NCBI GenBank assembly: GCA_032718475.1
Contig: JAUCBJ010000539.1
Coordinates: forward strand, 31,742 to 95,741
DNA: 64,000 bases
From: Nemertoderma westbladi
Taxonomy: Eukaryota; Animalia; Xenacoelomorpha
Reading direction: 5' to 3'
Shown here: positions 37,186 through 51,305 of the stretch, one piece after another
Layout: every line of letters begins with the position of its first letter
How positions within the stretch are numbered: position 1 is the first letter of the stretch
Position numbers and translations under genes: made by a program
Notes under the pieces: generated by a model
The model's database searches: none
The model's input: only the letters and a program-made list of their open reading frames with translations
Told to the model about the DNA's origin: nothing

Positions 37186-38276
37186 CTCGGGCCAGTTATA
37201 AACCCTCGGCTTCGCCTCGGGTCTATAACATGTCCCTCGGGTAAATAACTCGTAAAATAACTAAATAACCTGGTAATAAATTATGTTATAAAGTTGGAAA
37301 CAATTTCTATTAATGACAAATTTAAATACTTATAAAATTATGTTATTTTTATAGCTAATAGGAATAGAACAGTTGTCAACAATAAAACAGCGGTAATATT
37401 GAAGGGGCACTTTAGCATAGCCCGATGTGTGAGCGTTTTTTGAAAATTTTGCAGCATTTTTAAAATATTTTTTTTTTAGTTTTTAAATGGTAACTGGAAC
37501 AAATATAATATGTTCAAATAAAATAAAACAAGTCGGCAATTTAATCAAATGAACGATCGCAATGAACACAAATTAATTTTAGATAATAATTCTTTAAATG
37601 TTCAAGAAAAATGTCAGCTATTTGTTATTGAAAAAATAATGTTCTTGAACAAATATTTTTACCCTGGAACTTTTTTTTCCCGAGAAAAAAAACAAGGCTT
37701 GCATTAAGATAAACCATAAACCTCTAATAAGTTGTCACAAGCAATTGAACTATTGAAAGGATTTTCAAAATTTCGTGCTGGCACCAAAATTGCAAAACTG
37801 CACCGAAAAATACAAGTTTGATACGCCTGGTGAAACTCGTATACTGAATATTCTATCGAAACCAGAAACCCAAAAAACCCCTATTGCGTGAAAAACAGAT
37901 TCAAACAATCAATTTACAAAATTGACATTTAAAAATTTGGTGCTGCACCAAAATTTGGCACCCACCGAGAAAAACAAGTTTGAAATTTTTAAATTAATTT
38001 ATATGAATTCTATCTAATTGCAAACACCAACAGTCCACTGATGCACCCGTCTAGTTATATAAATTTTCAGTTGAAATATTTCAAATTAATATATAAATAC
38101 TAAGTAGGTATTATATTCTAGTTCAAAATAAATACTAACCAAATATCATCTTCAAACTTACGTGAGGACAACATCTGTTATTCACACACAATAAACTCTC
38201 GGCGGCTCGTGGTGACTACAACATAAACACTGTTAGTTGGATTAACCGTTAAACTCCTCCCAACGTTCCATTACAT

Positions 38277-38390
38277 TTAATTATAAATGAATTGCTGTGG
38301 GGTGGGTGACGGCGAATAAATATATGTTAAAATACTATAACATATATTTATTCGCCGTCACCCACCCCACAACAAATCATTTATAATTAA
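38277..38390. repeat. Near-perfect palindrome with 53-bp arms and an 8-nt loop
   Basis: 38277-38329 versus 38338-38390, with two mismatches. Confidence 0.9.
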
Positions 38391-38421
38391 TTAACACGCA
38401 TGGCCGGCATACGGGGTTACA

Positions 38422-39318
38422 GTGGTTTCTACAACACTGTATAATAGTTATTCTTTGTGGCATGGTTGTCATTTCTTGCAGAGCACGATCCGGGAACTCA
38501 AACTGATCCCGGGTACCGAGGAGGTTGTCTTTGTGTCTAACAACCTCCCCTGTATCATAAACTCATCGACTCTCTACGAAAAGGAATATCTACCACGATC
38601 CGGAGGTTCTATCGATTACTACACAGTCGCGGTTTCTTCGGACGGGAACCGCGTTGCCTCGGGAACCTTGGGGGGGTCGGTGACTGTCTGGGAGCGGGAA
38701 GCGAGCGGTTGGAGGGTCGTAGTGGAGGTACCGGGGAGGGAGTTAGTGGTTGGTGAGGGGGAGGGTAGAGCGGGAATAGATATAAATCCCTCCAACCGGG
38801 ACGTCATAGCAACATGTGGGGACGTCGGGGGATTTCTATTATATCAATAACTGGTAGGAACTATAAGGTTACGAACTGGGTGGGGCATTCTGGGTGGGTT
38901 AAATGTATTCGGTTCGACTCGAACGGGTCCCGTTTGGCCAGCTGTTCGCGGGATAGAACAGTAAAAGTTTGGCGGACCGGAACCCGGGAGCTGTTGTACC
39001 AATACCGGGGGCACAGTGGGAGGGTCTGGGGTCTGTGTTGGGGTCCGGATGGGGAGTCTGTAGTGTCGGTAGGCGAGGGAGGGATGATCCATCGCTTCGT
39101 TGTTGGTACAGGGGAGACCTTGTGGAGACAGGAAGCAACTCCTGAGGTTCGGAAGATCGTATTGAGTCCCAACGGGTTGAGGATCGATGCTGTTGGGGAG
39201 AACGGGTTGATTTATATAATAAATTCTGGAACCGGGGAGGTTATCAACCGGATTGAAGGAACTGGGAGCCACATCGACGCTGTGGATTTCTGTAAAGATA
39301 ACCGGCATATTATTACAG
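38422..39318 (+). pseudogene. WD40-repeat exon with one frameshift near 38820 (pseudogene or homopolymer error)
   Basis: VAVSSDGNRVASGTLGGSVTVWE, GHSGWVKCIRFDSNGSRLASCSRDRTVKVW and GHSGRVWGLCWGPDG. Donor AG|GTAATT at 39318. The 5' boundary is uncertain. Confidence 0.8.
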
Positions 39319-39934
39319 GTAATTAATTAATAGACTTCTTTTATTACAACACGTTCCATTAATTAGTTAGGCCTAGGGTCTAATTCAGTACCGTACCACG
39401 TACATAAGTAATAATAAATAACACTTATATGAATTAATTACATTAATTATTTTTCTCTAAAACAATTTAATTTTATTTAATAATTGACTTACCGATATGA
39501 TGCGGATTAACTGAATATTACCCTTCACTGCCTCCTGCCAATATTGGGTACCATGGGAACGAAATTAAAATTACTCTAATATCAGAATATAGACCACTGA
39601 AAATCAGAAGGCACCGTATTACAACATAGTCATGTAGTCACATAGTTTTAGGTGCAGTTTGGTTCCGATAAATGTAACATAAAAATAAACTAATAAACCA
39701 GCAATTAGCTTAATAATATTATGTATTCAGTTATCTGTTAGGTTGTTTGTTATTGGTTTGTATCAATGGCGTTTTAACCAACTGGTAGTTCTACTTAAAT
39801 AAACAAACTATAATGGTACCAATAGGCCTACCTGGTACTGCAATGCAGTAAAATAACTGTACAGAGAATACAACCGGTACTGTATGATAAATACAACTTT
39901 CATTTTTAAGTCTGCCACACAGTCCCATTACTTA

Positions 39935-40316
39935 GGGGGCCGTTCAAGTATGACGTCTGCACTTTTCCCCAAAATGTTGACCCCCTCCCTCCCCTAAATC
40001 AGATGTCATCAGATAGGCGTTGACCCCACCCCCCCCCCCCCCCTCCCCTAAATCAAATAAAAAAAATTTTCGCGTCCTAATCTCTGAAACATGGTGACTG
40101 GTAACTGAAACAGAAGGTCGTGCTACGGGCCTTCGGGGGCTTCGAACAATTAAAATAGGCAAGCTATTTACTCTTCTGCTATATCTCTTCTAGCACCTAT
40201 ATATGAACATGCTGACGTCAGATTTTGGCTGACCCCCCTCCCCTCCCCTCATCAGCACGTCATCAGATTTTCCCAACCCCCCCCCCCCCTAAAGTGCTGA
40301 CGTCATACTTGCCCCT
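39935..40316. mobile_element. PIF/Harbinger-like MITE
   Basis: GGGGCCGTTCAAGTATGACGTC...GACGTCATACTTGCCCC inverted ends. Confidence 0.7.
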
Positions 40317-40384
40317 AGGCATACAACAAGGTTTATTATAATATATCACCTTGCCTGTAATAAAGTGTCATTTTAGATAAGAAA

Positions 40385-40964
40385 CGGACACCCCTAACCC
40401 ACACCCCAATTGCCCCCGGACAATTGCCCCCCCCCCCCCGGACTATAGCTCCCCGGACAATTTTCCCCCAATTACACTTACCCACAAAACAGTAAATTGC
40501 CCCCAAGGAAAATTACAAAATAATAAGGTCGTTCCTAACTATTAATTTAGTCTTCCTAACTTGTTACAACATTAAACAATAATTCTAGCACAATTCTAGC
40601 TCAATAATTCCGATATCTGAAGTATTTCATTACAATATAAATATAATGTTAACGCACCGAAGCCATTACATTACGTCATAACAAAGATACAGCTAGCATA
40701 AAGTCAATCAAATTGTTTTAGAAAAAAATTGTGGATATTTTGATAAGCACATTAAAGACGTTTAGAAGTGTTCAACTTGGGTTTTAATATTAACCGGGGG
40801 CAAAAGTCTGGGGCAATTATCCGGGGAGCAATTGTCCAGGGGCAATTGTCCGGGGGGTAATAATTGTCCAGGGTAATTGTGCGCGGGGGGCAATTGTCCA
40901 GGGGGCAATTGTCTGCGGGCAATTTCCGGGGGGTAATTTCATAGGGTCAATTGTCCTAGTTCCG
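40385..40964. mobile_element. Foldback-type MITE with 14-15-bp subrepeats (AATTGCCCCCGGAC) in inverted arms
   Basis: Arms at 40385-40510 and 40795-40964, with CGGA...TCCG termini. Confidence 0.75.
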
Positions 40965-43414
40965 TTAGTGTCACACCTCCCCCTGATCTACGGGCTTACA
41001 GCGGGCAAGGGCGTCAAGCAAAGTCTTACCTCCTCTGGCATAGGCGCTCTCAGGCTGTCGAGTCATGTTTCAAATGGGCGTGGGCAAATGGTGCGGGTTC
41101 CCTTATGCGATGTCGGCATTCATCCCCCTTGCGTTGCTGTGGCCAAAAGATTTAGGCAGCCATCCTCTAACGTCGGCTGTTCAAGATAGATACGCTAAAA
41201 AAGCTATATGTTCTGAGTTTGCAGTATATTTTAATGTAAGTAACCAAATGATTTCATGAAATTTAAACTAAACTTGACATAAAAGCAATTAGATAACAAA
41301 TAGTTAGGAATGACAAGTTTAACTAAAGTATGTTAGTTAGGTAGTGATAACCGAAGGGCAAACGGCACCTTATATAAGAAATTCTAAGCATGGAATCGCA
41401 CTGGATCATTCTACCACATTCCATGGGCTCACATTGGACCAATAAATTATTAAGCACCTTATGATTGGCCCAACTAATCAGTTCATGTATTGTACGCACT
41501 CCATTATTGGCTTATCTAATCTTAACGAAACAGAAATAAATGCACAAAAAATGTAAATCTACCGACCTAAATTCGAACTTTCGACCTGTAACATATACGA
41601 CCTGCGCGCTAACCTACCGGGCCACTGGACCAGGTAGTAAACTTGTGCCAAAATGTACTAAATATGGGTAATATATGAATTTATAACGAAACTGTGAAAG
41701 CAAGGCAAAATACATCGGATTTTAAAAGTTTTTACGTAGTTCTAAAATACAAATAGCTACCTAATAGTGAAATATTTCCACAGCTAAAGCTGCGACCCTT
41801 TAGACATTCTGGCACAATAAATGACATCTGCAATAAATTCGCCAACCTGCAAAATCCCAACCCGCTAAAATCTGGTATATCTGAAATTTTGACGGCATGA
41901 ATGAGTCACATAATAACGAACCTGTCTTTAGACTGGGTAGTTTTTGTCTAAAGCTGAGGCCGGCAAAAACACGATGGATATATATATTTATATATTTACC
42001 TATATCACTATATATGTCACTATGTATGTTCACCAAATGGCTTGAAACCACTTGCATGCATTGTAAAATTGTAAACGCAAGTATTTATTAATTGTTGTCT
42101 AGTTGTTGAATAAAAAAGTTGGGAACGATTCGAAGTGCGATATTCGAAATATTTGCATATTTTCAACATTATTGAACGCGAAATTAAATACCCACAACTC
42201 CCTTGCTTGAAATGTTTTTCAGGTGATTGATATTTAGCAATTATTATGAGGTTACTTACTACTGAAATCTGACAGAATGCCAAACGTATTATTATAGTTC
42301 TATCTCTATTCAGCCAGTTAGTGTAATGTCAAGCAGTACATCATTTATATATCGTATGTATCTATAGGGCCTAATTGTCATCGTTATAATACTGTCATCA
42401 ACTTAGGCTAAGCTCAATTGGAATGCAAAGGCTTAGAAGGGTTTTGTATATCTGGGACGTTTACAACAGCTGTCGATTAAACTAACAAAACCATAAAACT
42501 GAACCAGGGTGGCTGCCAGCCGGGTACCAACGGCTGTTGGGTAGACTTAAGGGAACATTTCACAAACTTTCATAGGAGGCATGTACATGTACATTATATT
42601 GGTTGCTCCGATGTTTTTATTAGGCTAACTGAGAATGTATCAGGTATAAATACTGTAATTATAGTGTTCTTTATTTTATTTATCTAATACAGAAAAGACC
42701 CCTCCGCAGAATAAACTGCTCTTTTGGGCCGTTTCTCAGGTTGCGGATATGGATACCATTTCACACATCGTAGTAATTGTGATTATGATTTGTTTGCCTA
42801 GGCGAATGTGTATTACATTAGATGGGAGGCAGTTTTTTGGTTGATGCAAGTCATTCTTGGTTGCATCTTCCAATCCCATCTGTTTCTTGGAGTCTGTGTA
42901 AGACAGGTTCGTTTAAAGCCATCTTGATGGCGTTCTAGTATTAACATTGTAGAAATTGAGTTGAGAATCTAAACAACCTATAAAGGATATCTCTTCTCAT
43001 TACAGATGCTGTTTTACCGAAAAGGTTAAAAATATATTATTCTATGGTAACCACCGTGACAATTATTTCGTATAATTTATCTTCGTATAAATGAAACTAA
43101 ATAAACCATTTAATTTTCAGATTAAACTTTAATCAAATATATCACTTATATTTACAAACAATCATAAACAAAATATAACATTAAATTATTGTAAATTAAC
43201 TGAGATCCAACAGCGCTGAACCTAAAACCGAATTGTTATTTATAGTTATACCACAATATTATTTATTGGTTTCTAAAACGAACCCATTTTTGGAACAATA
43301 TTATTAATTTTTATTCCGACTAAAATTAGTTAATTAATTCACCAGGTAAATCGACGTTACTCAATAACTGGCAATTTTAAAAATAACAATGGACGAAAAA
43401 AACGAAGTATTGGA

Positions 43415-43650
43415 GACTTCTCTCTCTTGGCAGTTACCTGACAGTTAGAGAGGACGCCACACTAACTACCAAAGTTGAATACTCTCACCATCCAACCCCA
43501 TTCTTCAGTCCCCACGGATCCCATGCTCCCATATCGCTGCTTCGACTTTCCAGTTACGAAATTGTAACTGACCTGACCCGGAATCGATCACGGGACCTCC
43601 CAGCTGGAGATCAAAGGTGTGACTCATTCATTGGTCGCCATGGTGAAGGG
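43415..43650 (-). mobile_element. tRNA-derived SINE family C, copy 1
   Basis: Inverted homologue of 43930-44130, with B-box-like GATCGATTCCG. Confidence 0.7.
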
Positions 43651-43929
43651 GTTACTTGAGAATATTTGGATACCATATTTATCAATCTTATACTCCCGTA
43701 TAGAATCCAACTTCGATACATATTACCCCGACTACATACTCTATATATAATATTACAATACTTGCCGTGGAGTATGTTGCCGCCAGGTATTAAATAAACC
43801 CCAACCGTAATTGATTCAATACTTGCCGTAGGCAGCACATCGCCGCCAGATAATCACACACACAACATTATTGCTCCATTTAACTCCATATCTAGAATCT
43901 GTCTAGCTTCTGGAGGAGTTACTCTATTA

Positions 43930-44130
43930 TCCTCTATATCAGAGATCCCGAGTTCGAATCCGGGCTGAATCAGTTTCAATTTCGTAACTGGTACGTCAGT
44001 ACAGCGATATGGGAACCTGGAATCTGGGGGGAGTAAAGAAAGAGGTTGGCTAGTGATGAGTATTCAACATTGGGAGTAAGTGTGGTGCCCTCTCTGCCTT
44101 ACAGATAACAGCCAAGATTGATGAGTCTTC
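43930..44130 (+). mobile_element. tRNA-derived SINE family C, copy 2
   Basis: B-box GAGTTCGAATCC; body CAATTTCGTAACTGG...CAGCGATATGGGA shared with copy 1. Confidence 0.7.
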
Positions 44131-44728
44131 GCGTTGCCTCCAGTAAGTTTCACGTTCACAGCTACTAGCTTTTAGATAACTTTATATATTTTATCCGCCG
44201 AACTCAAAATTAGATTTCTTCCCAATAATTTTATCTTATTGATTCATAACTTCGGACCTGCGCAGTTGTGTAAAAAAATTATACTAAAATACAAAATGTA
44301 GGACAACTAATTCTGGATTCAAATATTATATATTGATTTGTCGCAAATGACGTTCAATGTAAAATTAATTATCTAATAACGTCGACCTTAGTCTAAGGCT
44401 ACAATTAATTTTGAAAATATTTAATAATTATTATAAAAACGAAAAACACAATACATTGAAAATTTTACAAATATTAAATTATCAATAACAGCACTACCAA
44501 TTAAATAATAATTATTAAAAATCGAAACTGGGAAAGAGCAGTTTACTCTGCTAAAGGAATATATAAATGTTCATTATTTAAATATAAACCGCTCCGAGTT
44601 TACAAAGAAAATAAAATGTAAATTATCTGCAGTTTAAATGAATAAATATCTACATAAAATTATCTAATTAATTTACAGGATTCTTAAGAAACTTTCCCTA
44701 ACCTGTTGAGTGTTTATGTACCCAATTA

Positions 44729-45269
44729 GGCCTGGTTTAGCGACACGCTTGCTTTCCTTGAACTTTCCACGCACTTTCAGCACACTTTGAGAGAACTCTT
44801 AACGCGCTGGGACAACTTGAAAAACGAGTTCTTAGTTCGTTGAGAGCATTAAAAGCATCGTAAAAGCGAAACTGCAGAGCGAAGCGTTATCGCTTTAGCA
44901 ACAACGCTTTGTGTAAATGTGGTTGCAGAAATATTTAAACAGCTGCGACAATGTTTGAGAAAAGCAAAAGATCAATAACAATAAACTATTAACAATACAA
45001 CTACAATAAAATACCGGTATTAATTAATCGCTAAGAAATTTGAATATATTTTATACTAGGGAATTTATGAGAAAAGTATGAAAAGTATAAAATAGCCGTA
45101 CTGATAAAATGGAACGATTTAAAGCGGAAAGTTAAACATTTCTCAACTCTGGGTTTTCAGAGCACTTTGAACGCACTCTCAACGCATTTGAAATGCGTCG
45201 TCGTTAAAGATCTAAAATGCGCTGAAAGTGCTTTGAAAGCCAAAGCAAAGCGTGTCGCTAAACCGGGTC
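44729..45269. mobile_element. PIF/Harbinger-like MITE
   Basis: TIR GGCCTGGTTTAGCGACACGCTT / AAGCGTGTCGCTAAACCGGGTC, with a TTA TSD on both sides. Confidence 0.85.
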
Positions 45270-45544
45270 TTAAAGTCTAGTTATTGGTATTAAAATATTA
45301 AATTATTATAACAAATTAATATATTTATATGTATTTGAATGTATTTAAAATAATAATTAAACCACCTGTATTCACTTAATTGTTAATATTTGTTAAAAAA
45401 ATAATTTATTGCGAGTTGAGCTGTTTGAATTTGCATTTTGATACAATGAGAAATAGTTATTCCAAGTAATTTACATTGGAAGTTAATATCTTCCCGCGAA
45501 AAATTTAGTATTAATTGTCAATAGGTATAATAATAACATAATAA

Positions 45545-47841
45545 TTATTGAATTAACCTATTTAATTGTTTAAACATATAAATATTGCGATCCTCACCAA
45601 CAACTACAAACTTCAATGAGTTTAAAGAACAGCTGATAGTAAAAGAATAAAGATCAGTTCTTATAGGAATTCTTTGTAAAAATTCACCTTTAACTGAAAA
45701 TAACGAAATATTTAAATCGCCTCTAATAATAATCGTATCACAATCTTTGTTTACAAAGTCCACCCATCCGACCCCCTCTACAGTGTTTATTACAGCCGTA
45801 GGTTTGTAATTAAACTTAGTAATAATAGATAATTTATTAACCCAATTAGTCGCTTCGCTAATCCAATCTAATTCCTTTATATTTAAATTTTCATTATTTA
45901 TAGGAAACTGAATTCCGTCTTTAGTATAAACTAATACAACTGAACCCTTTACTACGGCTATGTAGGAGCTGTTGGGAGAGAAAGCTAATGTGGATAAACT
46001 GAAACTTTCTAACTCAGTAACTGGGAATCCGTCGTCAGTTACTTTTACTAACCAACTGAGTAACTTATTGTTACTTAACCCATAAACAAAAATAATTCTA
46101 GAATCAGGTAAAACTATCAACCCACAACGGCCTGGGAATTTATAATCAACAACCGAATGTTTCCCAGTTAATATATCGGTAAGAACTAATTTACCGCTCT
46201 CATCTAGAGTTGCTACTGTATTGTTACAGTTTAATGCTACTAACTCCCTAATCTTAGACTCCGGATTGGGTTGTAATTCTCTAATTAAGTGCCCCGGTTT
46301 CCCTACCAAGCAACGATATAATTCCCATCGTGATTCAGATTCTTCCTGTTCCCCTAAGAATCTCCCATATCGATAATATTCTCGGAGTAACTCAGCCGAC
46401 TCTTTATAACTCCACACACTGAGTTTATCAGCCGCTTTACTAACTAAATAGTTCGATGGAGCAACAAAAACTAATTCATCTACATATTCACTAGATGTTT
46501 TTGGTAAAGTAATAAATTTATTTCCATAATAAACACAAATAATTCCGTTGTCACACCCGTAAGCGAAAACCGGTTGGTTTTCTATTCCAGTTAACGAGGA
46601 TATCCGACTCTCTCCGTCGTTATTTAGTTTAATATTCCCCTCAATATCCATTATATGGAGGGAGTCCCACGTAATCGCTGCTATGGTAACCGGTTCCGTA
46701 TCTAGAACTGCTCGAACCCCGTCGTATCTGGTTAGTTTACCACCGCTGGACGATTCTGTACCGACGCTGTTAATGTTTAGTGTTACAGTATCGGCCCCAA
46801 CGTTACAGTAACACATAAACTTACCAGACTGCGTAACATCCGCGCGGCTGGATGTCAACTTAACCGGTCCGATTGTACCGGTTGCCATTGGGTGGGTTAG
46901 TTCTCCGGTTTTACCGACCAGTAGTTCCGCTTCCGATCGCCCCAATGGAAGTTCGGTTATTATCAGAACGCGATCCACCGCTCCGAGGTATTTAATTCCT
47001 TGGAGATGAATGTTGTATAACTCGTTGGTAAATCTCCACCCCCATATCGGCTTCCCATCCAATAAGTTAAAACATTCTACACGGAACCCCTCCAACTCAA
47101 CATTAACGTTATAACCTATAATTATTATATTGTCCGCAACCCAATCTAGACATTCTATACCAAATCGACTGAACTCAAAGACTTTAATTGGCTTTTGTAT
47201 TGAAGATAAATAAATAAAATCCCAAAGTTTAACTCCCGGAGTTGGAGTTGGGTGAGTGGAGTAGGTTATTAGATGTTTAGCTGTTGGTGAGAATGAAACT
47301 CCTATCTGGGAAGGGGAGTGGGCCTCCCAAGTTATAGTGGAGTCGGGGACCTCCGTATTGATACAACTAATAGTCCCGTTGTGGGACGAGAAACATAATA
47401 TATTTGAATCCTTAGGATGGAAGTTTATACTGTTTGTGAGTATCGGTATTTTATTGATTAAATCGTCTTCCTTTATTACCGAATGGGAATCAAAATGATC
47501 GAATATTAATTCTCCATCAGTTGAATCCCGAATATGAATAAAACCATCTAAAGTTCGGTAACATAGTCTTCTTCCATCAGCCGATAATTTTGCATCATAT
47601 AGATATAGCGATGGATTGATATTAATTTTATCTTCTGTAATAATCTTCTTCCCACAGGCAGCATCGCAAATCATTAAATTATTATTGACGTAAACTAGAA
47701 TCGTTTTTCCATCAGCAGATAACTGAATTCCATACGTCAACCGGGTCTCGTAATCCTTCAGTAACTTTATCGATAAGGTTTCATCTGTTTCATCTCTTGT
47801 TCTATTTATTGAGTTGCTGAGATCGAAATAAAGTTTATTTT
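45545..47841 (-). CDS. Large terminal exon of a divergent WD40/beta-propeller protein (~765 aa in this exon)
   Basis: Open 2.3-kb frame starting after acceptor TATTTGCAG (47842). Motifs LSADGK, INFHPKDSNILCFSSHNGTI, AHSPSQIGVSFSPTAKHLITYS...VKLWD and LAFSPNSSYIAV. Confidence 0.85.
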
Positions 47842-48039
47842 CTGCAAATAATAAAATAACAACACAAACTAATCAGATGATTATAATAAATTATAATTGA
47901 TTAATAATAAAATATTATTTACAATTTACAAATATTAATATTGTTCTACTTCTAATAGAGAGCGATATTTATAATACCGGTACGAACTGACGAATAATCT
48001 GCTATCCAATATTAATTAATATCCATGCTATAAACCTAC

Positions 48040-48604
48040 ATTTAGAACATTACAAACGAAAAGTTCGCCAGCTGGTCATTACACTCATTTACACAAGCGG
48101 GGCATTGCCTCCTGTATCCGGTTAGCATCAACAGTCAATATGAGTTCCGTTTCCATAGCAACCGCTCACAAACTCTGGGTCCTTGTGGTCTTTCCGGCCA
48201 CCACATACGGTTGCTCGATTTTCCACGATTTCTCCAGAGCGCAGCTTTTGCAGCTCCCCCACGTGATCAAAGTCCGCGGATTCTACTATAAACTTTGGTG
48301 CGGTCTAAGTAAATTCGCGTCAACAACCAATATACTTGAGGCGGTTGACAATGGAGACAACTCCAGTATCAACCTCAAATATTTATCGGGCCAGCGGCGG
48401 AGGGTGGGAGCGCAGTTCCTTTCCAACGGCTTCCATCACAAACTCTGCAGCTCAACAAGATGCTGGCGGCCCACCCCTGCATGTATTTGCCGCCTATGCA
48501 GCGGTCAGGCGTCCACTGCCGCCCATGCGATGGGCTGCAATGGGCTGACCAACGTGGCTCGCCCCACAACCCTCAGCCTCGCATTCCACCTTCAGCAAAT
48601 ATAA
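48040..48604 (+). mobile_element. 3' fragment of a LINE with a Cys/His-rich C-terminus
   Basis: SNGFHHKLC...CICRLC...HAMGC is homologous to the end of 56352-57071. Confidence 0.65.
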
Positions 48605-49214
48605 ATATTACAATACCCGATTTTATTTAAATAATAACCCCCTATTTTATATCTATTTTATTTACTTTTACTATAATGTGATTCCTATTACTGTATTAAT
48701 TTTTATAAACTACTTATTTTACTTATCCGTTGGATAAATTAAATGCCTTTATATCATAAACCTACATTCTGACATTACAGCTACCGCGCTACCTGTACAA
48801 GTCCCAATCCCAATAAACATTAACTTGGTCATTTTGGCGGCCAAAACGACCAAAATGGCCAAATATAAATTGCGGCATTCATGAAAGGAACTTCTGAGGC
48901 AAGTTGGCTTGTCAATCACAGCCAGTGAATAGAGGCTGAGTGTAAGTTAAGCCCAGGAAGTTGGCAGATAGAAAACCGCACTGGGGGTAGACCATTGCCA
49001 TTGGTTAGCTGTATGCTATTGTAATACAAAGAGAGCGGCAGGATAAAGAGAAATGCCGACCTCACTAATAATGGGCTGGTCCCACAGGTCACTTTAAGGT
49101 AGGTGGTACAGTAGGTAACTACAGTTTACATGTTCAAGGGCGCCAGTCCCTAGTCGCTAGCCCATAGTCTGTCATGGAGTTCCTGTAGTAGTTTCAGACG
49201 CTTTCACTCAGTAT

Positions 49215-49800
49215 CCCAATAGGCTAATAGGCTATCACTAATAGGCTTTAAATCATCAGCAGTAGCATGGTTCCACTCGTATTTGGAGAATATAAAACAG
49301 GTTGTCTGTGTTGGGGGGGTATGTTCGAGTGAAGCGATAGTAGATACAGGAGTACCACAAGGAGGTCTATTGGCAGTTTTGCTCTTCTTAATATATGGAA
49401 ACGACATAAATATGGCCATCAACCCGGCTACATGCTTCTCTGGATCAAATCTACAGTCATTGAGACCCAAAGATGAACTCCATAGCGTAAACCTAGAACC
49501 CCAAACAGAGTCGGATGTAACTTCTACAGAACCACATACTTTGTCCCTGAAGCTAGCCGATGATGCCAACCTCATTGCCTCCCACCAAAACCCATCAGCT
49601 GTTGCAAATACGCTAGAAATTATGCTAGACAAAGTATACTCATGGGCTACTGAAAACAAATTAAGTTTGAACTTCGAAAAAACTAAAAGCATTCTTTTTG
49701 GAACTCACCAGCGACTAAACAACGCTCACCCGCTCAATATTACATGCGCTGGGATCCCTATTGAAGAAAAAAAAACTGTGAAATATTTAGAAATATTTAT
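49215..49800 (+). mobile_element. CR1/L2-group LINE RT fragment
   Basis: WFHSYLENIKQVV, GVPQGGLLAVLLFLIYGNDI, LADDANL and WATENKLSLNFEKTKSILFG. Confidence 0.8.
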
Positions 49801-50114
49801 TTATATAACTAAGTATTTTATATTTCGGGTGTATTTAACAGGCTCTTTTAATAACTTCTTCAACGAATGGCCTTAATGAACAGCCGTCTTGGATTAATAA
49901 TGTAGTAACTGTATAGTACTGTATGTAAGAACCTTATTCAGAACCTTATTCAGAACCTTATTCTATTTTATCTCCATTAACATATTTATATTTTAATGTA
50001 CGTCCTTTTACTGTGTATTTCCCTACACATTTCGGGTAATAATTTCGTTAATATTTTGATTGTTGCTGGGAATGGATAATTAAATTCGTACAGTAAGTAC
50101 GAATTTAAATCGTT

Positions 50115-50348
50115 CATAATTAATCTATTGTAATTTTTATTTAAATCCGTGTAATCTAGTAATCTGTGTAATCTAGTAATCCGTGTAATCTGTATCATAA
50201 TTAATCTATTGTAATTTTTATTTAAATCCGTGTAATCTAGTAATCTAGTAATCTGTGTAATGTAGTAATCCGTGTAATCTAGTAATCCGTGTAATCTGTA
50301 TCATAATTAATCTATTGTAATTTTTATTTAAATCCGTGTAATCTAGTA
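50115..50348. repeat. Compound minisatellite (GTAATCTA/GTAATCCGT units in higher-order repeats)
   Basis: TCATAATTAATCTATTGTAATTTTTATTTAAATCCGTG recurs three times. Confidence 0.85.
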
Positions 50349-50879
50349 GGTACGAATTCAAACCGAATCTAACTCATTTATTTTATTTCGTATGTAACTT
50401 CGTGTAATCTTTATATCGATGATTGTGTATTTCTGATACTCTGCGATGCCAATCAATACCACACATAGACCACACTACAATCCCCCACAGCTCTATACTA
50501 AATGTTATATTACTCCGACCACTCCCCTCGAACACATTCCTACTCCATTTTACACACGCCTACTAACCACACATTTACCACTACCGACAGACAATTACCA
50601 CACCGACCATACCGATAACCTCCTCGCCTTAAGGGGACCCCCATGAAAACGAGACCATGTCTCTTGGGGCTATCCCCGACATCATCTAGACTCACACTCA
50701 CCATAACTACTGTATAATGGATTATCTTGTTATCTTGTTCCTTCCGGTAATGTTTAATTATGCAGATTTACTTTACTTATTTGATGTCAATTAAAAAATT
50801 TCAATTTCAATTTCATCCTAGTGTCCAGGAAGTTGGGAGTTGAGTGTGGGTGGGTGGATTGGTGGCCCCCACGCAACAC

Positions 50880-51305
50880 CGCAGTGTCGGGTGACTACAA
50901 AACAAAGACCAACGACCCAAATAATAAAGACCTGTACAAATACAAAACACATGTGTTAACTTTCGTATATTGTTTTTGTTCCCCAACACGCAACACGCCT
51001 CTGTAACCTGCTTCTTTACTAACCTGCTCCTTTAAATGGCAATGTGACCTCACTCTCTCTGGCAATGGGACCTAAAGCTCTTTGGAACCTAACGCTCTTT
51101 GGGACGTAACGCGACTTTACCTCTTTGTTTTGTACAGGTCACAATGAGCGTTATGTACCATTGCTATTTAATGGAGCAGGTTAGTAAAGGAGCAAGTTAC
51201 AGAGGCGTGACGGGGGATTCAAAACAATTAACGAAAGTTAACACATGTAACAAGATTATGCAGGTCGTTATAATTGGGTCTTTGTTTTGTAGTCACCCCG
51301 CAGTG
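50880..51305. mobile_element. Palindromic MITE-like element
   Basis: GGGTGACTACAAAACAAAGACC / GGTCTTTGTTTTGTAGTCACCC, plus inner arms ~50997-51050 and ~51160-51208. Confidence 0.75.
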
